From Candidatus Levyibacteriota bacterium (GTDB lineage: Bacteria > Patescibacteriota > Microgenomatia > Levybacterales > UBA12049), in NCBI GenBank assembly GCA_963716145.1, contig OY970292.1:204104-268103 (forward strand): 64,000 nt of DNA, written 5' to 3'. Shown here piece by piece: positions 30,365-40,115 of this stretch (the first letter of the stretch is position 1; each line of letters begins with the position of its first letter). The translations under genes were made by a program, and so were the position numbers. The notes beneath the pieces are model-generated. The model had not been told where the DNA came from, did not search any database, and saw only the letters and a list, made by a program, of their open reading frames with translations.

Positions 30365-31516
30365 CTAATCCCCTTCATATTGACGAAAAGCGGAAAGAAG
30401 CAAATTGTAATCGATAACATCTGCTTTTCCATCGTCATTGAAATCAATAGTGTCTTTTGTCTGGCAATTTTTATTCTGGAAACAGGGTAATGCCAAGTTG
30501 TAATCATTTATATCTATTACATTATTTGTATTTAAGTCACCCTGAGTTAACTGAGCTACGGGTATGACGTTAACAGTCTCGCTTGTTAAATTTTGGAATT
30601 GCGGAACTACCAACGAAATTAAAGTATAATTTGACGCAACTTTTATCATATATATATCATTTGCCAGCTGTCCCAGATGGATTACTCCTCTGAATAAATC
30701 TCTCCCGTCATATTTCAAGAAACCGTTTCCGACTAGAACTTGCTTGTTATTTTGGTCATATATCCCTATTGCAACCAATCTTGTCAGATGCTTGGGCGAT
30801 TTGTTTCCTATTGCGCCAACCCCGTTAACTCGGATGCTTACATCAACTTTTGTGTCAGTCGGGTTAGTGATGATACCGGGTGTGGGTGTAGCTGTGGGCG
30901 TCACTGTGGTAGTAACGGTTGGAGTAATTGAAGGAGTAGTAGTTGGTTGAGTAACTGATGGTGTGACGGATGGGGTGATTGTAGGATTTGTGGTTACTAC
31001 CGGAGTAGTAGGCGCCACTGCATTAGATGCGCCAAGATCAAGTGTCCAGTAAGAATTTACAGAAGCTATTCCTGCTTCCCTTACGGTTGATCTAAGCATA
31101 TTTGTATTGTGAGTAGAAGAGTTTTTCCATGCATTAAAAACTACCTGCGGGTCACTACTTCCCATATAAATATTTTCCGCATAACTAGTCCAGGTATATC
31201 CGCATTGTGTTATGCGAACGTCGGAACTGCGTCCCAAAGAGTCTGTATGGCTAAAAGTACTGTGAGATGACATGTCATCCGAAAGCCATGCAGCTGGCTT
31301 TTTGAGACCTGCAGACCACGTAAGAGCGGGAAGGTTATTTTGTTGGCGGTAGGTATTTATCAGGCCCAAGAGAGTTTGCTCACTGCTTGTTTGGGCGAGA
31401 AGGGATGAGGAGACGGTGCAATTAGTCTGCGCGCTAATTTTGGTTATGTGATTAAGCTGAAGAGCAGATAGTAGTAACACAATTACCAAAAATAGAAAAA
31501 ACGCTTTTTTACGCAT
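30365..31516 (-). CDS. Secreted CAP (SCP) domain protein with dockerin-like C-terminus
   Basis: LINTYR, FSH, AENI, WKNSSTHNTNML, YWT; PT linker; GDLNTNNVIDINDY and DFNDDGKADVIDY. Confidence 0.85.
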   Translation of the reverse strand: MRKKAFFLFLVIVLLLSALQLNHITKISAQTNCTVSSSLLAQTSSEQTLLGLINTYRQQNNLPALTWSAGLKKPAAWLSDDMSSHSTFSHTDSLGRSSDVRITQCGYTWTSYAENIYMGSSDPQVVFNAWKNSSTHNTNMLRSTVREAGIASVNSYWTLDLGASNAVAPTTPVVTTNPTITPSVTPSVTQPTTTPSITPTVTTTVTPTATPTPGIITNPTDTKVDVSIRVNGVGAIGNKSPKHLTRLVAIGIYDQNNKQVLVGNGFLKYDGRDLFRGVIHLGQLANDIYMIKVASNYTLISLVVPQFQNLTSETVNVIPVAQLTQGDLNTNNVIDINDYNLALPCFQNKNCQTKDTIDFNDDGKADVIDYNLLLSAFRQYEGD

Positions 31517-31570
31517 ATATAGAAATAGTATATGTTTTGTATAGGAGAATCAAGAGAAGGACAAATTTAG

Positions 31571-31642
31571 TGAGCCGCCCGAGACTCGAACTCGGAACCA
31601 ATACCTTAAGAGGGTACTGCTCTACCATTGAGCTAGCGGCCC
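31571..31642 (-). tRNA. tRNA-Lys(CTT)
   Basis: GGGCCGC...CT-CTT-AA...TTCGAGT...GCGGCTC-A. Confidence 0.95.
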
Positions 31643-31668
31643 GTTGAATATTTTATTATATCAGCTTG

Positions 31669-31740
31669 TGCCCTTAGAGGGAATCGAACCCCCATCACTG
31701 GTTCCGAAGACCGGTGCTCTATCCGTTGAGCTATAAGGGC
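31669..31740 (-). tRNA. tRNA-Arg(TCG)
   Basis: GCCCTTA...CT-TCG-GA...TTCGATT...TAAGGGC-A; A20 follows the D-loop GG. Confidence 0.9.
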
Positions 31741-31836
31741 AAATTACGCTAATGCAATTCTAACAAACCTTGTAGATCAACACAAACCAGCTCGTTTATT
31801 ATTTTAGCTCCTAAAGTTGTATACTGTAACAAGTAG

Positions 31837-32883
31837 ATGAGATTCATAAAAAAGTTTATAGATTATATTAAGCATCACAAAAAAAGAATAATTGCAGTAG
31901 TTGTTGTCTTAGCTGTAATCGCGTTTATATTTAGGCCCAAACCTTCGGCTCCTATTCCTACCCAAACTATTAACAAAGGTGATATTTCCCAGACTGTTTC
32001 GGCAACAGGGACTGTTGTTGCCACAAAATCCGTCAACTTAATTTTTCAAGTTCCCGGACTTGTAAGCTACGTTGGGGTAAAAAAAGGCGACTTCGTGAAT
32101 GCGTATCAGACTATTGCCACAATTGATCAACGTGAGGCGCTTAAGAATTTACAAAACAATCTGCTCTCTTACAGCAAGCAGCGTAATGACTTTGAACAAG
32201 GAAAATCAGATAACGGAGTAAGCGGTCCGGACCAAGCGCTTAATGACACGATGAAGAGGATTTTGCAAAATAATCAATTTGATTTGGATAAAGCAGTATT
32301 GTCTGTAGAGCTTCAGGATTTGGCTAGGCAAAAGTCCATCCTCACCACGCCGATTGCGGGAATTGTGTCACGGGCGGATATTGAAACTCCCGGAATAGTT
32401 GCAGCGCCCACAGCAACATATACAGTGGTTGATCCGGACAGTGTTGTTTTTAATATGGATGTGGATGAAGCGGATGTTGCCAAAATTATGGCTTCACAAA
32501 ATGTAACAGTAACGCTTGATGCGTATCCGGATGAGGAACTGGACCTTACAGTTTCAAATATAGATTTTGTCTCACACAATACCTCTACGGGCGGTACTGC
32601 TTATACGGTTGAGGCAGAGCTTGGGGGAAATAATGATTACCGTTATAGAGTCGGAATGAGCGGGAATGGGGAGATACTAATTAGGCAAAAAAGAGATGTT
32701 GTGATTGCTTCATTAATCAGTTTATTTAATGATAACCATGTTTATGTAAAAACAAAAAAGGGCTTTGAAGACAGAAAAGTGGTTTTGGGTTTGCAGAATG
32801 ATACAGACGCAGAGGTTTTGAAGGGTTTAGAAGTAGGTGATATCGTTGCGCTGCAACCAAACCTAGTTCCTAAAAAGAAATAA
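31837..32883 (+). CDS. MacA-like efflux membrane fusion protein
   Basis: N-terminal TM, VKKGD, TPIAGIV, VDEAD, GMSG, GL..GD. Confidence 0.9.
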   Translation: MRFIKKFIDYIKHHKKRIIAVVVVLAVIAFIFRPKPSAPIPTQTINKGDISQTVSATGTVVATKSVNLIFQVPGLVSYVGVKKGDFVNAYQTIATIDQREALKNLQNNLLSYSKQRNDFEQGKSDNGVSGPDQALNDTMKRILQNNQFDLDKAVLSVELQDLARQKSILTTPIAGIVSRADIETPGIVAAPTATYTVVDPDSVVFNMDVDEADVAKIMASQNVTVTLDAYPDEELDLTVSNIDFVSHNTSTGGTAYTVEAELGGNNDYRYRVGMSGNGEILIRQKRDVVIASLISLFNDNHVYVKTKKGFEDRKVVLGLQNDTDAEVLKGLEVGDIVALQPNLVPKKK

Positions 32884-32926
32884 TCTTCTGATTAATTTTC
32901 AATTTGAAATTTAAAATTATCCAACC

Positions 32927-33608
32927 ATGAAATCAAAAAAGGAAATTATAAAGCTTAGTGAGATTGTTAAAGAATATATAACAGGAGAAGTTGTGACTCG
33001 GGTGCTAAGCGGTATATCCATTACAATTAATCAGGGAGATTTTGTGGCAATAACAGGCCCTTCAGGATCAGGAAAATCAACCCTCATGAATATAATCGGT
33101 CTTTTGGATACTCCCACAACCGGAAAATATATATTGAATGGTTCAGACGTCACTGGACTTAGCGAGGATGAGCTTTCATTTATGCGAGAACCGCGAAATA
33201 GGCTTTGTTTTTCAATCCTTCAATTTGCTACCCCGTGCATCGGCGCTGGAAAATGTCATTCTCCCGGCAATTTACGCAGGCGTAAATAGTAAAGACAGGA
33301 AACAAAAAGCTATAGAGTTACTGACAAAAGTTGGTTTGGGTGAAAAATTAAATAATCGCCCGAATCAACTTTCAGGAGGACAACAACAAAGAGTCGCGAT
33401 TGCCAGATCCCTGGTTAACAACCCGGAATTGATTCTGGCAGATGAACCGACGGGAAATTTGGATACAAAATCAGGTGAAGATGTCATGAGCATTCTTAAA
33501 GATTTGAATAAAGCTGGAAAAACAATTGTTATGATTACTCATGAAGCAGATATAGCGGCAATAGCCAAAAAGATTATTCTCATCAGGGACGGTAAAGTAG
33601 TTAAATAA
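32927..33608 (+). CDS. MacB/LolD-like ABC ATPase, frameshifted near 33187
   Basis: GPSGSGKST in the first ORF; [18 protein letters not shown] and ADEPTGNLD in the second. Confidence 0.9.
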
Positions 33609-33612
33609 TTTT

Positions 33613-34803
33613 ATGAACTATCTGGAATTACTTAGGCTTGCATGGACAGCGTTGATCGCAAATAAACTGCGTACTCTTTTGACGGCGCTTGGAATTATAA
33701 TTGGGGTTTTCGCAATTATTTTGCTTGTTTCAATAGGGACAGGTTTGCAAAGCTCCATTACCGGACAAATCTCAGGCCTTGGCTCGAATCTTATATTTGT
33801 TGTGCCCGGAAACATTAATGGACAGCGGGGGCCTGGCGGAGTTTTGCCCAATAAGTTGATCTTGAATGACGCCAAAAATCTTCAAATAAAGCTAAAAGAA
33901 TTTGCGTATACTGCACCTGCTGTACAGCAGACAACAACTGTAAAATATAAAAATAAGTCCAATAAAAATACAACAATCTTGGGAACAAGTTCAAACTATC
34001 CGCAAGTTGTTAAAACAGATCTCGCTGAGGGGACGTTTTTTACGCCTGCTCAGGAACGCTCAGGTTCAAAAGTAGCAATTATTGGATTGACGGTTGTTGA
34101 CAATCTTTTTAATGGACAGAGTCCGATTGGAAAAAATATTTCAATTGGAAGTGCCCGCTATAAAGTGATTGGTGTGGCAGCAAAGAAGGGGTCAGTTTTT
34201 GGTCAGGATAGGGATAATGCGATTGCAATCCCAATTACAGTTGCAATGCGTCAATTTGGGCTAAATAACGTAAGCACTATTTACTTGGAAGCCAAAAGAC
34301 CGGAGCTTGTACCCACTGTTAAGGAACAAGGGAAAAAGGTATTACTGCATAGGCTGACAGAGGATGATTTTACGCTTCAGACGCAAGAGGATACCCTCTC
34401 AACTATCACAACTGTCACCAATACGCTGACAATTGCGCTTGGAGGCATTGCCGCGATTTCTTTATTGGTCGGAGGAATTGGCGTTGCTAATATCATGCTT
34501 GTTTCGGTGACCGAAAGAACAAAAGAGATAGGTCTTAGAAAAGCACTGGGTGCGCAAAGAGCAGATATTCTAAAGCAATTTTTGCTGGAAGCGGTAATTT
34601 TGTCTTTGACAGGCGGAGCAATTGGGATTTTGCTTGGAATCGGAGCTTCCGTAATAGCTTCCAGGTTTCTTGAAACCAGTGTTACTCTTTGGTCTGTTCT
34701 TCTTGCTTTTGGTTTTTCAGTTGCTGTTGGAGTTATCTTTGGGATGGCACCGGCAATCCGTGCGTCCCGCCTTTCCCCAATTGAGGCTTTACGTTACGAA
34801 TAA
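33613..34803 (+). CDS. MacB/FtsX-like ABC permease
   Basis: LTALGIIIGV, VGGIGVANIMLVSVTERTKEIGLRKALGA, PIEALRYE end. Confidence 0.95.
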   Translation: MNYLELLRLAWTALIANKLRTLLTALGIIIGVFAIILLVSIGTGLQSSITGQISGLGSNLIFVVPGNINGQRGPGGVLPNKLILNDAKNLQIKLKEFAYTAPAVQQTTTVKYKNKSNKNTTILGTSSNYPQVVKTDLAEGTFFTPAQERSGSKVAIIGLTVVDNLFNGQSPIGKNISIGSARYKVIGVAAKKGSVFGQDRDNAIAIPITVAMRQFGLNNVSTIYLEAKRPELVPTVKEQGKKVLLHRLTEDDFTLQTQEDTLSTITTVTNTLTIALGGIAAISLLVGGIGVANIMLVSVTERTKEIGLRKALGAQRADILKQFLLEAVILSLTGGAIGILLGIGASVIASRFLETSVTLWSVLLAFGFSVAVGVIFGMAPAIRASRLSPIEALRYE

Positions 34804-34853
34804 AGCCGAAATGCTGAGTTTGTCGAAGTATCGAAGCATTAAGATACGAATAA
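34780..34853 (+). repeat. Synonymously recoded duplicate of the permease 3' end, separated by a half-element
   Basis: ATT GAG GCT TTA CGT TAC GAA TAA (34780-34803) vs ATC GAA GCA TTA AGA TAC GAA TAA (34830-34853). The spacer contains GCTGAGTTTGTCGAAGT. Confidence 0.8.
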
Positions 34854-34894
34854 GAAGCATGGTTTTATATACTAAATTTTAGTACAATAGCTGA

Positions 34895-37258
34895 GTGAAT
34901 AATCGCATAATAAGTATTTTCAAATATCTTCTCGGCTGGCCTTTTTCAATTCTCGCGTTATTTTTTATCCTGAAATTAATCATCCCGCAAATCCCTGTAC
35001 TTCTTAATAATATAAAAAGCCTAAATCTTGTTATTTTACTGGGAGGGGTTTTTAGTTTTCTGCTTTTTTATTTCATAAGAAGCTATATTTGGTATAGGCT
35101 TATTAACCATTATAAAAATAGCATCTCATTTAAACAGTCTTCATATTTTTGGGCTTTATCTGAACTTAAAAGATACATACCGGGAAGCATAATTGCTCTT
35201 TTGAGCCGGACAGTTTTGTTTTCAAAACTGGGAATTGCCAAAAAAGAAGTGGGAAAGTTATTGATAGTTGAAGCAGGCATTTTTGTGTTGGGGGCATCTG
35301 TAATTTCATTGTTGGCACTCCCTTTTGTAGCTAATTATTTTTTTTCTTGGCTAAACGTTACTTATCAATTATTCATTTCTTATGCAGTTTTATTACTGGT
35401 ACTGGTATATACTTTCAATCGTAAATTCTCAAAGATTCTACCCGACTTCACTTCATCAGAAAACGTGTTTTTGATCTTTTTAAGTTGTTGTGCTGTGTTA
35501 TTCTTCGGGGTAGGTAATTATTTTGTCATAAACTCATTTATGGCTCTTCCGATAAATCTTTTCTTTCAATTAAGCGGATTTTTTACTTTGTCAATTCTTA
35601 TTGGTTACTTATCTATTCTGACACCGGCCGGGTTTGGAGTACGTGAAGGAATAGTTATCGTGGGTCTTTCAAAAATTCCAGCAGTTACGCTTAGTGCTTT
35701 TGCAGCGCTTTTTTCAAGAATTGTTTTAGTTTTATCAGAGTTAATTTTTGTTGGCTTAGTTTACTTTTGGCACAAAACAAAAAATAAAAAAATCTTGGCC
35801 TGGGAAGACTGGATAGGAAAACATAAGCAGGAGGTTATTCTAACATTCTTATTTGTGGCCTTCGTACTGTATTTTACAGTAACTAGTTTTGCCCGCTATG
35901 ATAATTTTTACGCCGGTAGATTTGATCTTGGCAATATGGCGCAAACAGTTTGGAATACGACAAAAGGCAGAATTTTTGAATTCACCAATCCAAATGGAAC
36001 AAGCATGATATCCCGTCTTGCCTTTCACGCGGATTTTTTACTTATTTTACTTGCGCCTTTTTACGCAATTTTTCCAAACCCCAAAACTCTGCTTTTAATT
36101 CAAGCAGTTGTTGTGGGGGCGGGATGTATTTTTATCTATCTAATTGCCAAGGACAAACTAAGCAATAAAAATTTAGCTCTAGTTTTTAGCTTTGCTTACC
36201 TTATTAATCCCAGTATTCAGAGAGCAACTCTTTACGACTTTCATCCGGTGACCCTGGCCACGACATTTTTGCTGGGTACTTATTACTTTTATTCTAAAAG
36301 AAAATATATTCTGTTTTTTATTTTTGCACTACTTGCGGGAGTTAGCAAAGAGCAGATTTGGCTAATAATCGGGCTTTTCGGTGGTTTAATATTTTTCAAA
36401 CAAAAGAAGAGAGCGCTCGGGGCAGCGATCTTTTTTTCTTGTTTGGGGATATTTTATTATCTTGTTTCTGTAGCCATTCCCAATGCGTACGGCGCATCAC
36501 ACTTTGCATTAGCTTATTATTCTGATTTTGGTGATAGTCCTCTGACAATCATAAAAACCCTAATTTTGTCTCCGCAAAAAGTAATAAGCATTGTGTTTCA
36601 AAAAGAGCAGATTGATTATCTAATTCAATTATTTGCACCTCTTGGTTTTCTTTCTTTTCTTTCACCGTTTTATCTTTTCTTAGCAGGTCCTGATCTTCTT
36701 ATAAACCTTTTAAGCAACAATTCGCAATTTCATCAAATATATTACCAGTACACGGCGGCAATATCACCATTTATTTTTATCTGTGCAATTTTGGGAATAA
36801 AGACTATTAGGCAATTTATAGTAAAAAATAAGAGCATTGATGCGTATTCAAAGTCCAGTATAAATTTAGTTTTTACTATTTACATTGGGGTGGTCTCATT
36901 GTATTCCGCCTACCTTTATGGTCCGTTACCGGGGTCAAAAAGTCCCAATCTTGATATGTTTACCAAGCCTGTTAAGAATAGGGAGTTTATAGATGAGTAT
37001 TTAACTACGATTCCAAAGCGTCTAAGTGTTGCCTCCTCCAACAATATCGGCTCTCATTTTTCCCAGCGCCAGCGGATTTATACTCTGCCTCTGGGAATTG
37101 ACACAGCAGATGTGATAGTGTTCCTTCTAGATGATTCCGAACCTCCTGGTTCTCTAGCGCTTGAAAAGGCACAGCTTGAAAAAATGAGAAAAGATAAAAA
37201 CTATGAAATTACTGTTGAAAAAGATTCATTTGTAGTATTTAGGAAAAAGAAGATATAA
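34895..37258 (+). CDS. Lysylphosphatidylglycerol-synthase-TM (flippase-like) domain fused to DUF2079 membrane domain
   Basis: RYIPG and TPAGFGVREG in the N-part; FDLGNMAQ.VW, HAD, DFHP, KE and YYQY in the C-part. Confidence 0.8.
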   Translation: MNNRIISIFKYLLGWPFSILALFFILKLIIPQIPVLLNNIKSLNLVILLGGVFSFLLFYFIRSYIWYRLINHYKNSISFKQSSYFWALSELKRYIPGSIIALLSRTVLFSKLGIAKKEVGKLLIVEAGIFVLGASVISLLALPFVANYFFSWLNVTYQLFISYAVLLLVLVYTFNRKFSKILPDFTSSENVFLIFLSCCAVLFFGVGNYFVINSFMALPINLFFQLSGFFTLSILIGYLSILTPAGFGVREGIVIVGLSKIPAVTLSAFAALFSRIVLVLSELIFVGLVYFWHKTKNKKILAWEDWIGKHKQEVILTFLFVAFVLYFTVTSFARYDNFYAGRFDLGNMAQTVWNTTKGRIFEFTNPNGTSMISRLAFHADFLLILLAPFYAIFPNPKTLLLIQAVVVGAGCIFIYLIAKDKLSNKNLALVFSFAYLINPSIQRATLYDFHPVTLATTFLLGTYYFYSKRKYILFFIFALLAGVSKEQIWLIIGLFGGLIFFKQKKRALGAAIFFSCLGIFYYLVSVAIPNAYGASHFALAYYSDFGDSPLTIIKTLILSPQKVISIVFQKEQIDYLIQLFAPLGFLSFLSPFYLFLAGPDLLINLLSNNSQFHQIYYQYTAAISPFIFICAILGIKTIRQFIVKNKSIDAYSKSSINLVFTIYIGVVSLYSAYLYGPLPGSKSPNLDMFTKPVKNREFIDEYLTTIPKRLSVASSNNIGSHFSQRQRIYTLPLGIDTADVIVFLLDDSEPPGSLALEKAQLEKMRKDKNYEITVEKDSFVVFRKKKI

Positions 37259-37265
37259 TCAAAAT

Positions 37266-38077
37266 ATGCTGTCTGTCATAAAAGCTGATAAAACTCGTGA
37301 GCCTTTTAGTGAGGAAAAAGTTATTAACTCCATAAAAAGAGCTGGAATTCATGATTCAATCCAGCAAAAAGTTCTTCTTCACATAAAAAACAAGCTTTAC
37401 GATGGAATTCCGACCTCAGAAATTTATCATCACATTGTTGAGTTTCTTGGGCAATCCGAACAGCCGTATTCAAAGTCAAGATATAGCCTCAAGGAAAGTA
37501 TAATGCTGCTTGGGCCCACTGGATATCCGTTTGAAGATTTTGTGGCTAAGCTTTTGCAAGCCGATGGATATTCAACTAAAGTCAGGCAGATTTTATCTGG
37601 AGAATGCGTAACTCATGAAATTGATGTAATTGCTTCCAAAAACGGTAGAACTGCCATGATCGAGGCAAAATTTCACAACAATCCGGGCACCGCTCACAAA
37701 TTCATGTTGGGCTATACACTCAAGCGCGTTTTGAAGATGTAAAGACTCGTAACAAGCTTGATGAGGCTTGGCTTGTCACCAACACGAAGACCACAGTAGA
37801 CGTCAATACCTACGCGCAGTGTAAAAATATCAAGGTTATGAGTTGGAGCTACCCTGAAGGAGGAGGACTTCGTGATTTGATAGAGAAATCGCGTCTTCAT
37901 CCGATTACGCTTTTAACCTCTATTAATCAGTCACAAAAAAGGTTACTTCTGGAAAATCATACAGTAATATGCAAAGAAATAAATCTTAATCCCAAGCTTT
38001 TGGATATCCTAAATTTGCCTCAAGAAGCAGTTGATCGGCTGCTGAGTGAGATCTCTTTCATTTGTAAGCAGGAATAA
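37266..38077 (+). CDS. ATP-cone plus Mrr-like PD-(D/E)xK nuclease protein, frameshifted near 37692
   Basis: VIKAD..REPFSEEKV..SI.RAG; LGPTGYPFE; HEIDVIA...IEAKFH. Continues as LYTQARFEDV..WLVTNT..MSWSYP into 37838..38077. Confidence 0.8.
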
Positions 38078-38168
38078 TATTTCTCACACTTTTATTACAC
38101 GCTCCACATAGATTTTTAACTGCCGGTATTTAAACTACGTATAGTTTTGAAAGGAGGTGATTATACAT

Positions 38169-38375
38169 ATGGCAACAGTTGTAAATAATCCGCCGGCAAA
38201 TTCAGAAGCAAGCGGAGGATCTGGTTTTTTGATAGGGATAATTTTACTTATTGTTTTAGCGATTTTATTTATTTTTTACGGACTTCCGCTACTCAATAAT
38301 TCAGTTGGAGGAAGTCAAGCGCCACAGGTAAACGTACCGGGCAAGATTGATGTAAACGTCAATCAACCTAAGTAG
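38169..38375 (+). CDS. Small single-TM protein
   Basis: SD GAAAGGAGGTGA, hydrophobic helix, NVPGKIDVN tail. Confidence 0.7.
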   Translation: MATVVNNPPANSEASGGSGFLIGIILLIVLAILFIFYGLPLLNNSVGGSQAPQVNVPGKIDVNVNQPK

Positions 38376-38416
38376 GTTAGGGATTTTAAAAATGAAAGGA
38401 GGTGAAAATAAAATTT

Positions 38417-38677
38417 ATGAATTTTTTAATCTGGGTTATATTTGGAGCTCTTGCAGGCTGGATAGCCTCAATAATAATGGGTAATGATGCTCAGCAAGGA
38501 GCACTCGGAAACATCATAGTTGGTATTGTCGGCGCATTCATCGGGGGATTTGTTATGAACTCACTTGGTCAACCCGGTGTAACTGGCTTTAACTTTTACA
38601 GTACTTTAGTTGCTGTTTTAGGGGCTGTAATCCTTATCTGGCTTTACAGAATGTTTAGCCACAGAAGCAGCGTATAA
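38417..38677 (+). CDS. GlsB/YeaQ/YmgE transglycosylase-associated membrane protein
   Basis: GALAGWIAS.IM, NIIVGIVGAFIGG, VAVLGAVILI. Confidence 0.95.
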   Translation: MNFLIWVIFGALAGWIASIIMGNDAQQGALGNIIVGIVGAFIGGFVMNSLGQPGVTGFNFYSTLVAVLGAVILIWLYRMFSHRSSV

Positions 38678-38698
38678 TTTGTGTAAATAATATACCGC

Positions 38699-38742
38699 AA
38701 AGACCCGCCGTTAATCTATAAGATTATCAAGGCGGGTCTTTT
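38699..38742. terminator. Hairpin overlapping the dinB stop codon
   Basis: AAAGACCCGCC..TAATCT-ATA-AGATTA..GGCGGGTCTTT between convergent genes. Confidence 0.6.
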
Positions 38743-40048
38743 CGTCTGTCGCAAATTTTGCCCTCTCATATCTATCAGCCATAAATCCATTTGGTACAGT
38801 TGTCAGTTTATCGGCATATAGCAAAAAGCCGTTACGGATAGTGTGATCTCCGAATTTTTCATTAATTTTGTCCACCGCTTGCCAAAGTCCTCTTTGTTTT
38901 TCTGTTTCAAAAATTGAGAAGGGGACCTTATCCGCATCCTGCAAATAAGAAGCCCAAATACCTATTTGACGGACATAGTTTGGAAATTTCCAATAATTAC
39001 CAATTTCAAATATCCAATTTCCAATAGGTTCATTTTCCATTTTAAATTTGGCATTTGAAATTTGAAATTCTTTGCAAAGCAAAGACATGCACGCTTCAAA
39101 TATCTCCCGTCCGGAATTCATGTATTGAGAGTAGGTTTTTCTACCCTGCAGGTTCTCATCTCCTCTCAGGTATATTCCAACAGCGCGGGCTTTCTTGTTA
39201 AGTCGTCTGAGCTTGATACCTACTTCCTCACAAAGCTCATAAATATTTTGCAGGACTTTTCGCGGGTCATATTCATTTTCAGGCAAGCAATAGTTGCGTC
39301 CTACGGATTTCGCATCGGGCGATTCAGTATAAGGCACAATTTCACTCTCATCTATTCCTAGGCCGGCATTTTTTAGGAATTTACCCTCCACATCGCCAAA
39401 TTCGGAAGTCAAAGCCGATAATGGAGCTTTATTAAGATCTATTAAGTTGTAAATTCCCATTGCGAAAAGCCTGTCATTTATCCGGTGTCCGATCCCGCAG
39501 ATATCCCTTAGCTTGACTGCTTTATAAACCTCAAATAGGTTGGAAGGCGTTATCTTAACTATTCCATTTGGCTTCTCCAGTCCTGAAGCGAGTTTGGCAA
39601 GCATTTTATTATGAGAAATACCGAAAGAGGCCGTGATACATTCTCCCAATTCTTCGTTCAAGCGGTTTTTTATTTTTTCAACAAGGGGCATTGTGCCTCC
39701 GAAAAGGTCAGCAGTACGCGTTATGTCCATAAAAACTTCATCAAGCGAGAAAACTTCAACAAAAGGGGAGAAGTCTTTACAGATGTTTATAAACTTTTTA
39801 CTGATTTCCCAATACCTTGTAAAATGTGCCGGTACGAAAATAATTTGTGGACATCTTCTCTGTGCGTCATAGGTACGGGAGGGCGACTTGATGCCCAGTG
39901 CTTTTGCTTCCCTGCTTGCCGCTATGATACAGGTTCTGCCGTTGGTGGCAGTTACTCCAAGAGGACGGTTGCGGTAAAGAGGATTATCCTGCTGTTCAAC
40001 GCTTGCAAAAAATGAATCAAAATCAATGTGGAGAATTATTCGCTGCAC
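38711..40048 (-). CDS. dinB: DNA polymerase IV (Y family)
   Basis: HIDFDSFFASVE, AASREAK, SLDEVFMD, LAKLAS..KPNG, GIG, VDKINEKFG. Confidence 0.92.
   Translation of the reverse strand: MQRIILHIDFDSFFASVEQQDNPLYRNRPLGVTATNGRTCIIAASREAKALGIKSPSRTYDAQRRCPQIIFVPAHFTRYWEISKKFINICKDFSPFVEVFSLDEVFMDITRTADLFGGTMPLVEKIKNRLNEELGECITASFGISHNKMLAKLASGLEKPNGIVKITPSNLFEVYKAVKLRDICGIGHRINDRLFAMGIYNLIDLNKAPLSALTSEFGDVEGKFLKNAGLGIDESEIVPYTESPDAKSVGRNYCLPENEYDPRKVLQNIYELCEEVGIKLRRLNKKARAVGIYLRGDENLQGRKTYSQYMNSGREIFEACMSLLCKEFQISNAKFKMENEPIGNWIFEIGNYWKFPNYVRQIGIWASYLQDADKVPFSIFETEKQRGLWQAVDKINEKFGDHTIRNGFLLYADKLTTVPNGFMADRYERAKFATDEKTRLDNLID
38980..39070. repeat. In-frame 7-nt periodic AT-rich insert in dinB
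   Basis: Minus strand AATTTCA AATTTCA AATGCCA AATTTAA...ATTGGAA ATTGGAT ATTTGAA ATTGG, translating as EFQISNAKFKMENEPIGNWIFEIGNYWKF. Confidence 0.65.
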
Positions 40049-40115
40049 TCTTAAAGCATAAGTAAAATTTATACGAAAATCAAGAACACAAAAAGAATCA
40101 ATTTACATCAATAAT

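Noticed and set aside
30860-31015. Pro/Thr-coding repeats (also 43490-43660)
   Set aside because: Ordinary low-complexity linkers of secreted proteins.
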